A stretch of 64,000 nt of DNA from a bacterium (GTDB lineage Bacteria > Patescibacteriota > Minisyncoccia > Moranbacterales > UBA2206). Below, one piece after another: positions 19,297 through 29,286 of this stretch. A program made the position numbers and the translations under genes. Below the pieces are notes generated by a model that worked only from the letters and a program-made list of their open reading frames with translations, was not told the DNA's origin and searched no databases. The stretch lies in NCBI GenBank assembly GCA_021785125.1, contig JAJYGF010000013.1, forward strand, positions 41,413 through 105,412, written 5' to 3'. Positions within the stretch are counted from its first letter, which is position 1. Each line of letters opens with the position of its first letter.

Positions 19297-19626
19297 ATGG
19301 TTAAAATAGACTTGCGTGGGAAGACGGCAGAAGAAGTCGCTGCTTTAGTCAAGAAACACGACTTTGGAACCGGCGAAATCGGCAAGGGAACGCATCTGTG
19401 GTTGCCGCTGTCTCTAGAATACAAAGAAGTCGTTATAGTTTGGCTTAATGACAAGGCGGCAAGTTGCTACAAAAAAGACAAGGGTGATTTGCCAGCCAAA
19501 GTCACCTACACTTTATGGAACGGAAAAGAGTCTCAGCCAAGGCAAGGGGATGACCTTCATGGTTTCATCAAGGTAGATGGCGGCATAGACTGGGGTAAGG
19601 CACATACAATGAACCTTATGCGGTAA
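19297..19626 (+). CDS. hypothetical protein
   Basis: 109-aa ORF co-oriented with neighbours. Confidence 0.55.
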   Translation: MVKIDLRGKTAEEVAALVKKHDFGTGEIGKGTHLWLPLSLEYKEVVIVWLNDKAASCYKKDKGDLPAKVTYTLWNGKESQPRQGDDLHGFIKVDGGIDWGKAHTMNLMR

Positions 19627-19671
19627 AGTTTATAACCATAAACATTCTATTCTTCCGAAAGGAGACAGGCT

Positions 19672-20373
19672 ATGACTATTAAGAAAGATAAAGGAGGAGT
19701 TGGGGAGGCAGAAACGAAACTGCGTGTAATTGGTGCGGACGAAATGCTCTCGCTGTCTCTGCCAGCAACACTGGTTTTGACAGATAAGACGGATGAGAAA
19801 ACTCCCGCAGGATTTCAGAAAGTCCTTGTGGGCGGCGTGCTGTTTGCTCCTGGGAATATACTCGGCGACGACGATGTGGTCAGGCTGGACTGCCAGATTA
19901 TAATTGTGCCGAAAAGGAGGAGAGGAGGATATAAATACAAAGGCGCAACCCTGGAGATTATCTTGACCGATTCGGAGGCGAGTTTTGCCAAAGATGAGAA
20001 CTGGTCAAGGGAGATGCCTTTTGAAAAGACCTGTGACAAAGGTTTCGATATCGAGAAGGCCGTAGAAGTGGCTGGCAAGATGATGGATAGGTGTATGCGG
20101 GAAAGCCGTGCGAGATATAAGAGGTTATGCGACCTACTTATCCCGCTTCTCACACCCAAGACCGTCAGCAAGATTATAAAAAAGAAAAAGGAGGACTATG
20201 TTTTTTACAAACAGACACCGCCTTCGGATGACAGGCTCTTACGGGACCATCTCGAACATCTGATAAACGAGTTCGACTGCAATATCCACTACCTGGAGGA
20301 TAGCGAGATGGCCGACTTCGCCAAGACGGTTAACAAAAACCATTCGCCTGTTTTCTATGACGGGCTGGATTAA
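19672..20373 (+). CDS. hypothetical protein
   Basis: 233-aa ORF with AAGGAG RBS. Confidence 0.7.
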   Translation: MTIKKDKGGVGEAETKLRVIGADEMLSLSLPATLVLTDKTDEKTPAGFQKVLVGGVLFAPGNILGDDDVVRLDCQIIIVPKRRRGGYKYKGATLEIILTDSEASFAKDENWSREMPFEKTCDKGFDIEKAVEVAGKMMDRCMRESRARYKRLCDLLIPLLTPKTVSKIIKKKKEDYVFYKQTPPSDDRLLRDHLEHLINEFDCNIHYLEDSEMADFAKTVNKNHSPVFYDGLD

Positions 20374-20526
20374 GCTTCGGAAGGCAAAACGAAGACAGTT
20401 AGGAGGGATTTGGTTGTAGAATTATTTGCAATTTAGATCCCTCTTTTTATTTTTCTCTAAATATATAGTGAGTAACCCCCGTGAGGCCTCTTTTTTGTTC
20501 CAATTTTTTTGTGATAAAATAGACAC

Positions 20527-21237
20527 ATGAAAACAAAAAAGAGAAAAAGAAAAAATAACAGAAAGGTCATGGCGGTTATTGTCGGAATATCGGTGCTGGC
20601 GGTGATCATCGGCTGGTCGATCTGGTTCAGCTATCGAAAGCCGCAGACTGTCTGGCAAGACCTGTTGTCGCGTGTCGGATATGACAGGCCGGCCGCGGAC
20701 GCATCAAGCCAGACCGTCTTTTTGGGAGACAGCATCACGGCGCATGAGGATTGGGGCGTGCTGTTCGGAGTTACATTCATTATGAATGATGGCATTTCAG
20801 GCGATACGACGGATGATGTTTTGGCCAGATTGGATCCGGCCACGAGTGCCAAGCCCAAAAAATTATTCCTGATGATCGGTATCAATGATTTTTTGCGGGG
20901 AAAAGACGTCGCTTATGTCTGGAACAATTATCAGAAAATAATAAGCGGGATACGGTCGGAATCGCCCGATACGACCGTTTATATGCAAAGCGTTCTGCCG
21001 GTGAATAACGATATTTCAAAATTAAGATATGGGACGGTGGATCCGCAAAAGATTCTGGAGCTGAACAACAAGATTAAGTCATTGGCGGATGGCAACAAGC
21101 TTATCTTTCTTGATTTGTATCCGTCTTTCTGCGGTTCCGACAATAAATTATACCCGCAATACTCCGCGGACGGATTGCATCCCAATTCCCACGGCTATGC
21201 TCTTTGGGAAAAATTGATAGCCCCATATGTGAAATAA
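20527..21237 (+). CDS. membrane-anchored GDSL/SGNH hydrolase
   Basis: FLGDSIT, GISGDTT, GIND, DGLHPN. Confidence 0.93.
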   Translation: MKTKKRKRKNNRKVMAVIVGISVLAVIIGWSIWFSYRKPQTVWQDLLSRVGYDRPAADASSQTVFLGDSITAHEDWGVLFGVTFIMNDGISGDTTDDVLARLDPATSAKPKKLFLMIGINDFLRGKDVAYVWNNYQKIISGIRSESPDTTVYMQSVLPVNNDISKLRYGTVDPQKILELNNKIKSLADGNKLIFLDLYPSFCGSDNKLYPQYSADGLHPNSHGYALWEKLIAPYVK

Positions 21238-21288
21238 AGAATCAGGAAATTTTTCCTCACATTAAAAAAGACCTGGCTGTCTTTCTTT

Positions 21289-22428
21289 TCAGTTTTTGCC
21301 AAAAGCCAAATTTATCCTGTTTCGCATCGGCACTTCGAACAGATAATAAGTTAGGGAAGAGACGGAGATGACAATGGCCAGGAAGACCGAGGCGTAGATC
21401 CAAGCGGCAGTCCAGCCGAGATCGCTCATCTTTACCAGGGGATATTTTTTCAGGAAATTGAGAAGAAAGAACATGATGGGCAGGTGCATGAGATAAAGCG
21501 AGTAAGAAATGTCGCCAAGATAGACCAATGGCTTTATATTAAGAATGCGCTTGCCGAAGCCTTCGGCATAGACGCTGACCAAAATAAGGACGGCCAAAGC
21601 GATGATCGGAACAAGGTCTGGCATGGAAAAACTGGTCATAAGCAGGACAATGCCGATCACTGACAGCAGCCAGACGATATCTTTTTTCAAATAGCGCCGG
21701 CCCCAGCCGATGCGGTACAGCTCATATAACAGCATGCCGAAAAAGAAACCGAAGAAAGCGCGCACGAAACCGAAATCATAAGTGACGTCCAGGGTGTATT
21801 TTCTGGGATCGAGCGAGCCGTTGGTGGCGAGTGATAACGGATAGAGATAATAGATTACGAACAAATAGCCAGATATCACCCCGAAAAAAAGAAAGATTTT
21901 TTTCCAGTCGGTAATTTTTCGGAAAGGGATGAGGAGGAACGGAAAGACGACATACATCCACCATTCGACGCTGATCGACCAGGAGGCGCTGACCCAGGAA
22001 AGATTTTTGAACAAGCCCATGGACTGGACAAGCAGAAGCTGGGCCCAAATGGCGTGGAAATTGAAAGTGTAGAGGTAATCGCTCGGGTAAAGGGTGAAGT
22101 TGGTGCGATACCAGAAATATAGGGCAACCATGGTGAGGAGCGAAAATATGTGGAGCGGATAGATGCGGGCGAACCGCGACTGCATGAACTTTTTGAAATT
22201 CCCTCGGACATTTTCTTTAAATGATTCGGAATAGACGTGCATCATGATGAAGCCGGAAAGCAGGAAGAAGAAATCCACCCACAAGTAGCCTCTTTGGATG
22301 AAGCGGTCGAAAGAGCCGTCCCAAGGCGCCAGCGCAAAGCAGAAAACATTGAAATGGAGAAGGATGACCAAAAGCGCGGCAATGCCGCGAAGAGAGGTGA
22401 GTGAAGAGAGATAGTTTGCTTTTTTCAT
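21289..22428 (-). CDS. acyltransferase-3 (OafA/YrhL-type) membrane O-acyltransferase
   Basis: SLRGIAA..V..H, VDFFFLLSGFI, RFARIYP, WSISVE, LGDISYSLYL.H. Confidence 0.93.
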   Translation of the reverse strand: MKKANYLSSLTSLRGIAALLVILLHFNVFCFALAPWDGSFDRFIQRGYLWVDFFFLLSGFIMMHVYSESFKENVRGNFKKFMQSRFARIYPLHIFSLLTMVALYFWYRTNFTLYPSDYLYTFNFHAIWAQLLLVQSMGLFKNLSWVSASWSISVEWWMYVVFPFLLIPFRKITDWKKIFLFFGVISGYLFVIYYLYPLSLATNGSLDPRKYTLDVTYDFGFVRAFFGFFFGMLLYELYRIGWGRRYLKKDIVWLLSVIGIVLLMTSFSMPDLVPIIALAVLILVSVYAEGFGKRILNIKPLVYLGDISYSLYLMHLPIMFFLLNFLKKYPLVKMSDLGWTAAWIYASVFLAIVISVSSLTYYLFEVPMRNRINLAFGKN

Positions 22429-22704
22429 ATCCAGTTTATGTTTAAAATCCTGTTTGCTATTATATAATCCTGGGTCCGAAGAGTAAAGCTTGCCGCAAAA
22501 AGCGCTTCTGTTTTTTTTAAAGGCTTCGGCTATGGTAAAATGAATATAAACCAGAATAAAATTTTCAAGATGAAAAAAATATTAGCCATCGAGATGCAAG
22601 CCTAATGGGGCAGGATTGCTTTTTTGCCAAAGTGTGCTATAGTGAAAAGCTGGTTGAAAAAAGAACGTTTTTTAAAAATCACCAAAACTGCTTAAGGAGG
22701 CAAC

Positions 22705-23052
22705 TTGATAAACCTCAGGCTTTTGGCGCGAATGATCAAGCAAGGTTCGGAAGCGGAGATACACAGCTTTATCCAATATACGCTGAAAAGATGCATTAGG
22801 ATCAAACTTCGCTATCATCTGAAATGCAACGCGAAGCTGGGAATCTCCGCCTTTACTGAGGAAGTGAAAGATCTTCTTGACGTGTTTGAGGAAATAGTCA
22901 GGTGGAGCGGGGAGGAGGATGAACTTATTAAGATACATGCCATATCTCTTATCGAAGAATATGGCATAAAAGTGCCAGGTGAGGCTTTTGAGGGAGCGGT
23001 GGAAAAAATTATCAAAGAGGTATGCAAAGCAAGGAGAAGAAAGGGCCGGTGA
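22705..23052 (+). CDS. hypothetical protein
   Basis: AAGGAGG RBS before TTG start, hairpin at the stop. Confidence 0.6.
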   Translation: MINLRLLARMIKQGSEAEIHSFIQYTLKRCIRIKLRYHLKCNAKLGISAFTEEVKDLLDVFEEIVRWSGEEDELIKIHAISLIEEYGIKVPGEAFEGAVEKIIKEVCKARRRKGR

Positions 23053-23412
23053 AAAGTTTTCACGGCCCTTTAAATTTGCCTATTTTGCTTGTGTATATTT
23101 CTAACCGATGCAGTTCCAGATGAGCGACATCATGCTCCTGAACATTTCGACGATGGCCGGCTGTTCGATCAGCTATAACGGTTCGACAGGAGCCTCCGCT
23201 TTCAAGACGCTCGGCAAGGAATACGCCATGTTGTACGCGAGACGAAACCTTTCCTCGGAGCTGTCGATATCGTGTCGGCCCAGGTGTTCTATACCTGGAA
23301 ATAGCTAGAAGTCTTTTAAAAGGCCCTCGCAGGCAACAGTTTTGCGGGGCTTGATTTTTTCATAAAGCTATTTATAATGTAAAATTAAGGATAAATAAAT
23401 TGTATAAAATAT

Positions 23413-23826
23413 ATGCCTATGAATGCATGTAGTAGTACGGAAAATTTTGGTGAGCATGTAATGATTGATGGATATGGCGGAGATCCCGAAAGATTAAACG
23501 ATAAGGATTTGGTAATGCTTTCTCTTGTGGAATTGCCTCATCAGCTTGGAATGAAAAGATTGTCGGATCCATTAGTGCTTGAAGCTCAAAGTAATAACGC
23601 TAAAGACCCTGGAGGATGGAGCGGGATTGTCATTATTGCGGAAAGCCATATTAGTGTTCATACTTTTCCAAAGAGGAAGTTTGTTAGTATTGATGTTTAT
23701 ACATGTATGAATGGTTTGAATCGCGATTTTATTAAAAATTATTTTCGAGAGATATTTAAATTGGAGGATATTGAGGAAAATTTTGTGCGGAGGGGAACGC
23801 GATATCCTATGCACAATCTTTGTTAA
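23413..23826 (+). CDS. speD: pyruvoyl-dependent S-adenosylmethionine decarboxylase proenzyme
   Basis: FGEHVMIDGY, GGWSGIVIIAE-SHISVHTFP cleavage site, DVYTC. Confidence 0.88.
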   Translation: MPMNACSSTENFGEHVMIDGYGGDPERLNDKDLVMLSLVELPHQLGMKRLSDPLVLEAQSNNAKDPGGWSGIVIIAESHISVHTFPKRKFVSIDVYTCMNGLNRDFIKNYFREIFKLEDIEENFVRRGTRYPMHNLC

Positions 23827-23841
23827 TCTGTGCTAATTATA

Positions 23842-23875
23842 AAGGGGCGTCTACTGTAGACGCCCCTTCTTTTTC
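23842..23875. terminator. bidirectional hairpin terminator
   Basis: AAGGGGCGTCTAC-T-GTAGACGCCCCTT perfect stem between convergent genes. Confidence 0.75.
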
Positions 23876-23876
23876 T

Positions 23877-24356
23877 CTACCCGAATTTCAGGGCAAGAAA
23901 GATAACCACGGTGGCCAGGGCTTCAAGTGAAACTTCCATGACCGCCGAATAGAATATGAACCGGGGAAGCTTTCTTCCACCGATAATGAGGAGGTAAGCG
24001 GGACTCACGAAGGAGACGCCTCTATTCATGGCGAACCCTACCCAACCGATAATTCCGATCACATGCATGGTCTTTACATCGAAGTGCTCAACCACGCTGA
24101 AGAATTTTACGACCTCCAGCCTGGTCAGGTCCTGCATGACATTGACTCCCATGGCTGAAAGGATCATCACGACGCCCACTATCCAGAAAACTTCGACCGA
24201 CCCAATCAGGGTTAAGTAGACTTTAAGCGATACGCCCGACTCTTCCCTTATCTCCTTCCTTTTGGCGACGATGCCTAAGGTAATGAACACCACTATGACG
24301 CCGGTAGCCAAAGCCGCACCATCTAGTATGAGCTTCTGAAGCTCGCTTAACTGCAT
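23877..24356 (-). CDS. hypothetical membrane protein
   Basis: About 4 hydrophobic helices, abuts the upstream GNAT-like gene. Confidence 0.7.
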   Translation of the reverse strand: MQLSELQKLILDGAALATGVIVVFITLGIVAKRKEIREESGVSLKVYLTLIGSVEVFWIVGVVMILSAMGVNVMQDLTRLEVVKFFSVVEHFDVKTMHVIGIIGWVGFAMNRGVSFVSPAYLLIIGGRKLPRFIFYSAVMEVSLEALATVVIFLALKFG

Positions 24357-25139
24357 TCAAGCCTCCCTTCTCTGTGGGGATCCCAGAAACAGCAGTTTTC
24401 CTATGAATCGGATTAAGGGTTTAAGAAAAGGCAGAGCCTCGGTGGTCCTATAAAGCGGGTTGCTCCACTTTATCAAGACTCCGTAGTTCAAGCTGTCCGG
24501 GTCGTCCATGTACTCCGGGATTACTTCCACGATCTCGAAGCCGTCCTTCATGTAGAAGTAAAGCTCTGGGTCGAGTGGCTTCCCGTTGGCTCGCTTGCCG
24601 AAAACGTAGTCTTCCACCTTCATGTCCATGTTCTTCCGGTAGCCGGGAATACGCGCGCCCAGGTATACGGCTTTAAGGCCTTGGCCAATGACGCCGTCGA
24701 ATATGGCCGCCAGAACCAGTTTGTCCGAAAGTTTCTTGGGCGCTTCCCGTGTAACCGTCAGGTCCACTCCGAACCCGACGTCGCCTTCCGGCCGGTGGGT
24801 CGTGAGATATCCGTCACCCGTCTTTTCGAGCCACGACTTGTTTCTGTGAAGAAGGTCCTCTGTGGTGAAGATGTTTGTGAGCGTCGCCATCATCTTGCCG
24901 TTTGAAAAGGCACAGTAGATGATGTGCGGGCAGGTATTGAAATGCTTCTTCACGCGTTTCTCGGTCCAGAGATACTCCTCCTTGGTTAATGTTCCCCAGA
25001 CTTCCTGGTTGATCCTCACGAATTCCTTCGCGAGGTAGTCGATCTCGAACCCGCTTGCGAGCAGGTTGCTCACTTTCGCGACAACCAAGCCGCTTTTCGC
25101 CTTCCGGATATTCCAAAAGGCTTGTATTTTATTCCTCAT
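24357..25139 (-). CDS. GNAT-like acetyltransferase
   Basis: 'GARIPGY...EDYV...DPELYFY..GFEIV.VIPEY..DPDS.NYGVLI.W.NP'; GGAGGTG RBS. Confidence 0.7.
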   Translation of the reverse strand: MRNKIQAFWNIRKAKSGLVVAKVSNLLASGFEIDYLAKEFVRINQEVWGTLTKEEYLWTEKRVKKHFNTCPHIIYCAFSNGKMMATLTNIFTTEDLLHRNKSWLEKTGDGYLTTHRPEGDVGFGVDLTVTREAPKKLSDKLVLAAIFDGVIGQGLKAVYLGARIPGYRKNMDMKVEDYVFGKRANGKPLDPELYFYMKDGFEIVEVIPEYMDDPDSLNYGVLIKWSNPLYRTTEALPFLKPLIRFIGKLLFLGSPQRREA

Positions 25140-25256
25140 AATTTCACCTCCAGTTTGAAAGAACACGACTTTTAATCATACTATATATTTTATGATTTGT
25201 CAAACAAATTATTATATAATATACTTTCACAAAGAGATTAATCAAATCAATTATTT

Positions 25257-26930
25257 ATGGGAAATGACTTCATAACATTTTTATTAGTCGTTATTTTTAT
25301 CTTATCTTTAGGTTGGATTATTTTTTTAAAAAACAGAAAAAATAAAATTGCGCAAGCATTTTTATTTTTTTCAATTACTATGGCAATTTGGGTTTTTAGT
25401 AATTACATGGAGGATGCTGTATCGATTGGGTATATGAAAAATTTTTTGCTAAGAATGGATTTTGTCTCAGCTGCTTTTATGAGTTTCTCATTTTTATTAT
25501 TTTCTTATAATTTTTCAAAAGATTTTTTTAAATTTAAAATAAAGATCTACGGTATTGTTTTTTTAGTTTTGACACTTATTTTTGTCGCTCAGATTTTTTT
25601 TGGTAAACTTGTAATTTCTGGAACAGAGTTATTTTCCGGTGTTATTAATCCAATTTATGGACCTATATATTATTTCTACATCGCATTTAACTTGTTAAAT
25701 ATTTTTTTGGGTTTGTTATTGCTTGTAGTCAAATATAAGAAAGAATCTCGCGATACGAGACATCAAACTTTATTTATTTTCATAGGATTTTTTTTGATGA
25801 TTGTCACTGTATTTATAACCAATGTACTGTTGCCAAATTTTATTGAAACGCAGTCAGACTTTCTATTTATCTCTCGATTGGGTATCTATAGTGGATTAAT
25901 TCTGGCTGGTTTTATGAGTTATTCTGTAGCGAAAACTAGTTTTTTGAATATGAAAGTAATTTCCGCCCAATTGTTTTCGGTGGCAATGGTCTTGGTCTTT
26001 TTTCTTCAATTATTTTCTTTACAAACTAAATCAGATTTATTTTTTAAGGTTGTATTTTTATTTATAGTAATTTATTTTTCAAAAATGATTGTATCCTCAG
26101 TTAAATCTGAAGTTCAGCGAAAGGAAGAGCTTCAATTGATGTCCGACAAGCTGGCGCAGGCCAATGACCAATTGCGTAAACTGGACAATGCCAAGTCGGA
26201 ATTTATTTCCATCGCCTCGCACCAGCTACGCACGCCGCTGACAGCCATCAAGGGCTTCATCTCGCTCATGCTGGAAGGCTCATACGGCAAAATGGCGCCG
26301 GAGCAGGTGGATGTCTTGAACAAGGTATATTCCAGCAACGAGCGTTTGGTCAATCTGGTCGAGGACCTCTTGAACATCTCCCGCATCGAATCCGGTCGCA
26401 TGGAATTCCAATTCGACAAATGGCAGATCGAGAATATCTGCCAAGAAGTGATCGACACTTTCGTTCTGAAGGCGAAGGAACACAAATTGTACTTGGAATA
26501 CAAAAAACCGAACCAGCCGTTGCCGGAACTGATCATTGACGGCGTGAAAGTCAGGGAGGTCATTTCCAATCTGGTGGACAATGCCATCAAGTATACTTTG
26601 GAAGGCAAGGGCGGCGTCACTTTGAAGGTGGAACAGCGAGGAGAAAGCATCCGGGTGACAGTTTCCGACACGGGCATCGGCATCCCGGAGAGCGAATTGC
26701 CATATCTGTTCGCCAAGTTCTCGCGCGGCAAAGACACGTCGCGTCTCAACACGGGCGGCACCGGATTGGGACTCTATGTCGGCAAGACCATGATTGAGAA
26801 CAACGGCGGCAAGATCTGGGCCGAATCGGACGGCCAAGGCCTGGGCTCGCGCTTCATCATCGAACTGCCGATCGTCAAGCACAAGGAAGAAGCGGAAGAG
26901 CGCCTGCAGAAGTTTATCAATAAGATTTAA
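25257..26930 (+). CDS. multi-TM sensor histidine kinase
   Basis: SHQLRTPL H-box, NLVDNAIKY, DTGIG, GTGLGL; N-terminal 7TM-like region. Confidence 0.95.
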   Translation: MGNDFITFLLVVIFILSLGWIIFLKNRKNKIAQAFLFFSITMAIWVFSNYMEDAVSIGYMKNFLLRMDFVSAAFMSFSFLLFSYNFSKDFFKFKIKIYGIVFLVLTLIFVAQIFFGKLVISGTELFSGVINPIYGPIYYFYIAFNLLNIFLGLLLLVVKYKKESRDTRHQTLFIFIGFFLMIVTVFITNVLLPNFIETQSDFLFISRLGIYSGLILAGFMSYSVAKTSFLNMKVISAQLFSVAMVLVFFLQLFSLQTKSDLFFKVVFLFIVIYFSKMIVSSVKSEVQRKEELQLMSDKLAQANDQLRKLDNAKSEFISIASHQLRTPLTAIKGFISLMLEGSYGKMAPEQVDVLNKVYSSNERLVNLVEDLLNISRIESGRMEFQFDKWQIENICQEVIDTFVLKAKEHKLYLEYKKPNQPLPELIIDGVKVREVISNLVDNAIKYTLEGKGGVTLKVEQRGESIRVTVSDTGIGIPESELPYLFAKFSRGKDTSRLNTGGTGLGLYVGKTMIENNGGKIWAESDGQGLGSRFIIELPIVKHKEEAEERLQKFINKI

Positions 26931-26934
26931 ATAC

Positions 26935-27615
26935 ATGATTCTGACGATGATCCATCTCATCCTGGCTTTAGCCATGCTTCTGGCGGCTATCGCCGTCTTT
27001 TTCAAATGGCGGTCGGACAAATTCGACCGGCAGTCGCCGGTGAAATATTTTTTCTGGTTCTTCGCCTTCTTCGCGGTCGCGCATTTTTCGCTGTCATTGC
27101 CACTCATCCTGACCGGTGACCCGGAGGCCATGCGCTGGGGATATGATCTTTCCATCTTCTTCGTGTTTGTGATGATCGCGATCTTTTCCCGGATCTGGGT
27201 CTATTTCTCCGGCTTTTCCATGAAAAAGACCCTGCATGCGCCGTTTGCGATCATGGCCGTGGGCTTGGTGGTCCTTCTGATCGAAGCCAGATATGCAGGC
27301 TTGCCGTCCATCGATGGAAACATGGTTGTTTGGAATGCGGCACCGGCAGCTTCTCTACTCATTGTGTCGCTCGCGTTTCTGAGCAGTTTTGCTTTGTCAT
27401 ATTCCTTAATCCGCAGTCTGATGAAGGGAATCGATCCGACATCTCGGCTGAAGCTTTTTCTCATCAATCTCAGCGTGATCAGCATCGGCATCTCCGGATT
27501 GTATTTCATCGCCAGCGGCTGGACGGCCATCATAACCGCGCTGGCTTTCAATTTCCTCGGCGCCATCTCCGCCGCCAGCGCGTTCATGATGAAGGAGGAA
27601 AAAGTGAAGGCATAG
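26935..27615 (+). CDS. 7TM membrane protein, possibly a stand-alone sensor module
   Basis: Seven hydrophobic helices, start 4 nt after the kinase stop. Confidence 0.65.
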   Translation: MILTMIHLILALAMLLAAIAVFFKWRSDKFDRQSPVKYFFWFFAFFAVAHFSLSLPLILTGDPEAMRWGYDLSIFFVFVMIAIFSRIWVYFSGFSMKKTLHAPFAIMAVGLVVLLIEARYAGLPSIDGNMVVWNAAPAASLLIVSLAFLSSFALSYSLIRSLMKGIDPTSRLKLFLINLSVISIGISGLYFIASGWTAIITALAFNFLGAISAASAFMMKEEKVKA

Positions 27616-27688
27616 CGATCGGATCGCAATTTTTTGAAAAGGTATTTTGCTTGGCAAGTGCCTTTTTTTGTATTAAAATACGCATATG

Positions 27689-27994
27689 CCCGGTAGTGAA
27701 ACTTCAAGCGCGATTATGTTCTATATTTATGTGTTAGAGAGCTTGAAAAGTAAAAATTTATATACAGGCTATACCAAAGATTTAAGAAATAGATTGAAAG
27801 AACATAATCGCGGATTAAATGAATCAACTAAGCCATATTTGCCATGGAAAGTTATTTACTACGAGGCTTGTTTAAATGAAAAAGACGCAAAAAGAAGAGA
27901 AAAATATTTAAAAACAACACACGGAAGGAGATTATTAAAAAGAAGACTCAAGGAATATTTTTATGAAAAATAAACTTGAAGTTCTACTACCGGG
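27689..27994 (+). mobile_element. 306-bp GIY-YIG-encoding element with 20-bp terminal inverted repeats and flanking TATG direct repeat
   Basis: CCCGGTAGTGAAACTTCAAG / CTTGAAGTTCTACTACCGGG (18/20); TATG at 27685-27688 and 27995-27998. Confidence 0.75.
27716..27973 (+). CDS. small GIY-YIG nuclease
   Basis: FYIYVL..YTGYT.DL..RL.EHN, YYEA, REKYLK. Confidence 0.93.
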   Translation: MFYIYVLESLKSKNLYTGYTKDLRNRLKEHNRGLNESTKPYLPWKVIYYEACLNEKDAKRREKYLKTTHGRRLLKRRLKEYFYEK

Positions 27995-27995
27995 T

Positions 27996-29234
27996 ATGAA
28001 ACAATCAAAATTATTCACCAAAACTACCAAGGATGCGCCGAAAGACGAGGTGAGCGTGAATGCTCAGCTTCTGATCCGTGCCGGATTCATCGACAAAGAA
28101 ATGGCTGGCGTCTATACGCTTTTGCCATTGGGACTCAGAACGCTGAAAAAGATCGAGAATATCATCCGCGAAGAGATGAACGCGATCGGCGGCCAAGAGA
28201 TTTTGATGCCATCGCTTCATCCGAAAGAAAATTGGCTGAAAACCGGACGCTGGGATACCATGGATGATCTATACAAGGTGAAGGATGCGAGCGGACGCGA
28301 AATGGCACTCGGTCCGACGCATGAAGAAGTGGTCGTGCCGCTCATGCAAAGATTCATCAATTCCTACAAAGACCTGCCATTTGCCGCCTATCAGTTCCAG
28401 ACGAAATTCAGGATGGAACTGCGCGCGAAATCCGGCATCTTGCGCGGGCGAGAATTTGTCATGAAAGATTTATATTCTTTTCATCTGACGGAAAAAGATC
28501 TGGATGAATATTATGAAAAATCCAAGGAAGTGTATTTTAAAATTTTTACCCGTGTCGGATTGAAAGATGTGACGCACCTGACTTTCGCTTCCGGCGGATC
28601 TTTTTCCAAATATTCGCATGAGTTTCAAACAGTAACTCCGGCCGGCGAGGATACGATTTATGTCTGCAGTAAGTGCGGCTTGGCGATCAACAAAGAGATC
28701 AAGGACGAGGTGCATGAATGTCCGGAATGTCAGAACAAGGATTTTATCGAAGAGAAGTCGATTGAAGTGGGAAATATATTCAAATTAATGAACAAGTATT
28801 CCGCGCCTTTTGATCTCAGTGTGAAGGATGAATCCGGCGAAAAGAAAAATGTTCTGATGGGGTGCTATGGCATCGGATTGGGACGCCTGATGGGAACGGT
28901 GGTGGAGGTGCATCATGATGAGAAGGGAATGATCTGGCCGGAAGCGGTCGCGCCGTTCAAAGTGCATCTTTTGAGCTTGAATCAAAACGATAAATCGCAA
29001 GAAATATATGATGCGCTGGCAGAAGCGGGAATCGAAGTTCTGTTTGATGATCGCGAGGCGAATCCGGGTGTGAAGTTTGCGGATGCGGATCTCATCGGCC
29101 TGCCATATCAATTGATCGTGAGCGAAAAGAATCTGAAAGAAAATAAGGTCGAAGTTAAAAATAGAAAAACCGGTGAAGTGGAATATATATCTTTGAGCAG
29201 TTCTGAAGTAGTGAAATATTTTCAGAATAAATAA
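27996..29234 (+). CDS. proS: proline--tRNA ligase (short bacterial type)
   Basis: MKQSKLF start, LGPTHEE, KFR.E.R..GILRGREF.MKD.YSF, MGCYGIG. Confidence 0.97.
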   Translation: MKQSKLFTKTTKDAPKDEVSVNAQLLIRAGFIDKEMAGVYTLLPLGLRTLKKIENIIREEMNAIGGQEILMPSLHPKENWLKTGRWDTMDDLYKVKDASGREMALGPTHEEVVVPLMQRFINSYKDLPFAAYQFQTKFRMELRAKSGILRGREFVMKDLYSFHLTEKDLDEYYEKSKEVYFKIFTRVGLKDVTHLTFASGGSFSKYSHEFQTVTPAGEDTIYVCSKCGLAINKEIKDEVHECPECQNKDFIEEKSIEVGNIFKLMNKYSAPFDLSVKDESGEKKNVLMGCYGIGLGRLMGTVVEVHHDEKGMIWPEAVAPFKVHLLSLNQNDKSQEIYDALAEAGIEVLFDDREANPGVKFADADLIGLPYQLIVSEKNLKENKVEVKNRKTGEVEYISLSSSEVVKYFQNK

Positions 29235-29286
29235 AAAGGATATTTGCCGCTCCGCCGAAAACGGGGCGGTTATTTTTATTAAGCCT

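Noticed and set aside
27963-27995. N-terminal extension of ProS in the ORF track
   Set aside because: It is encoded by the inserted element's right end; the canonical start is 27996.
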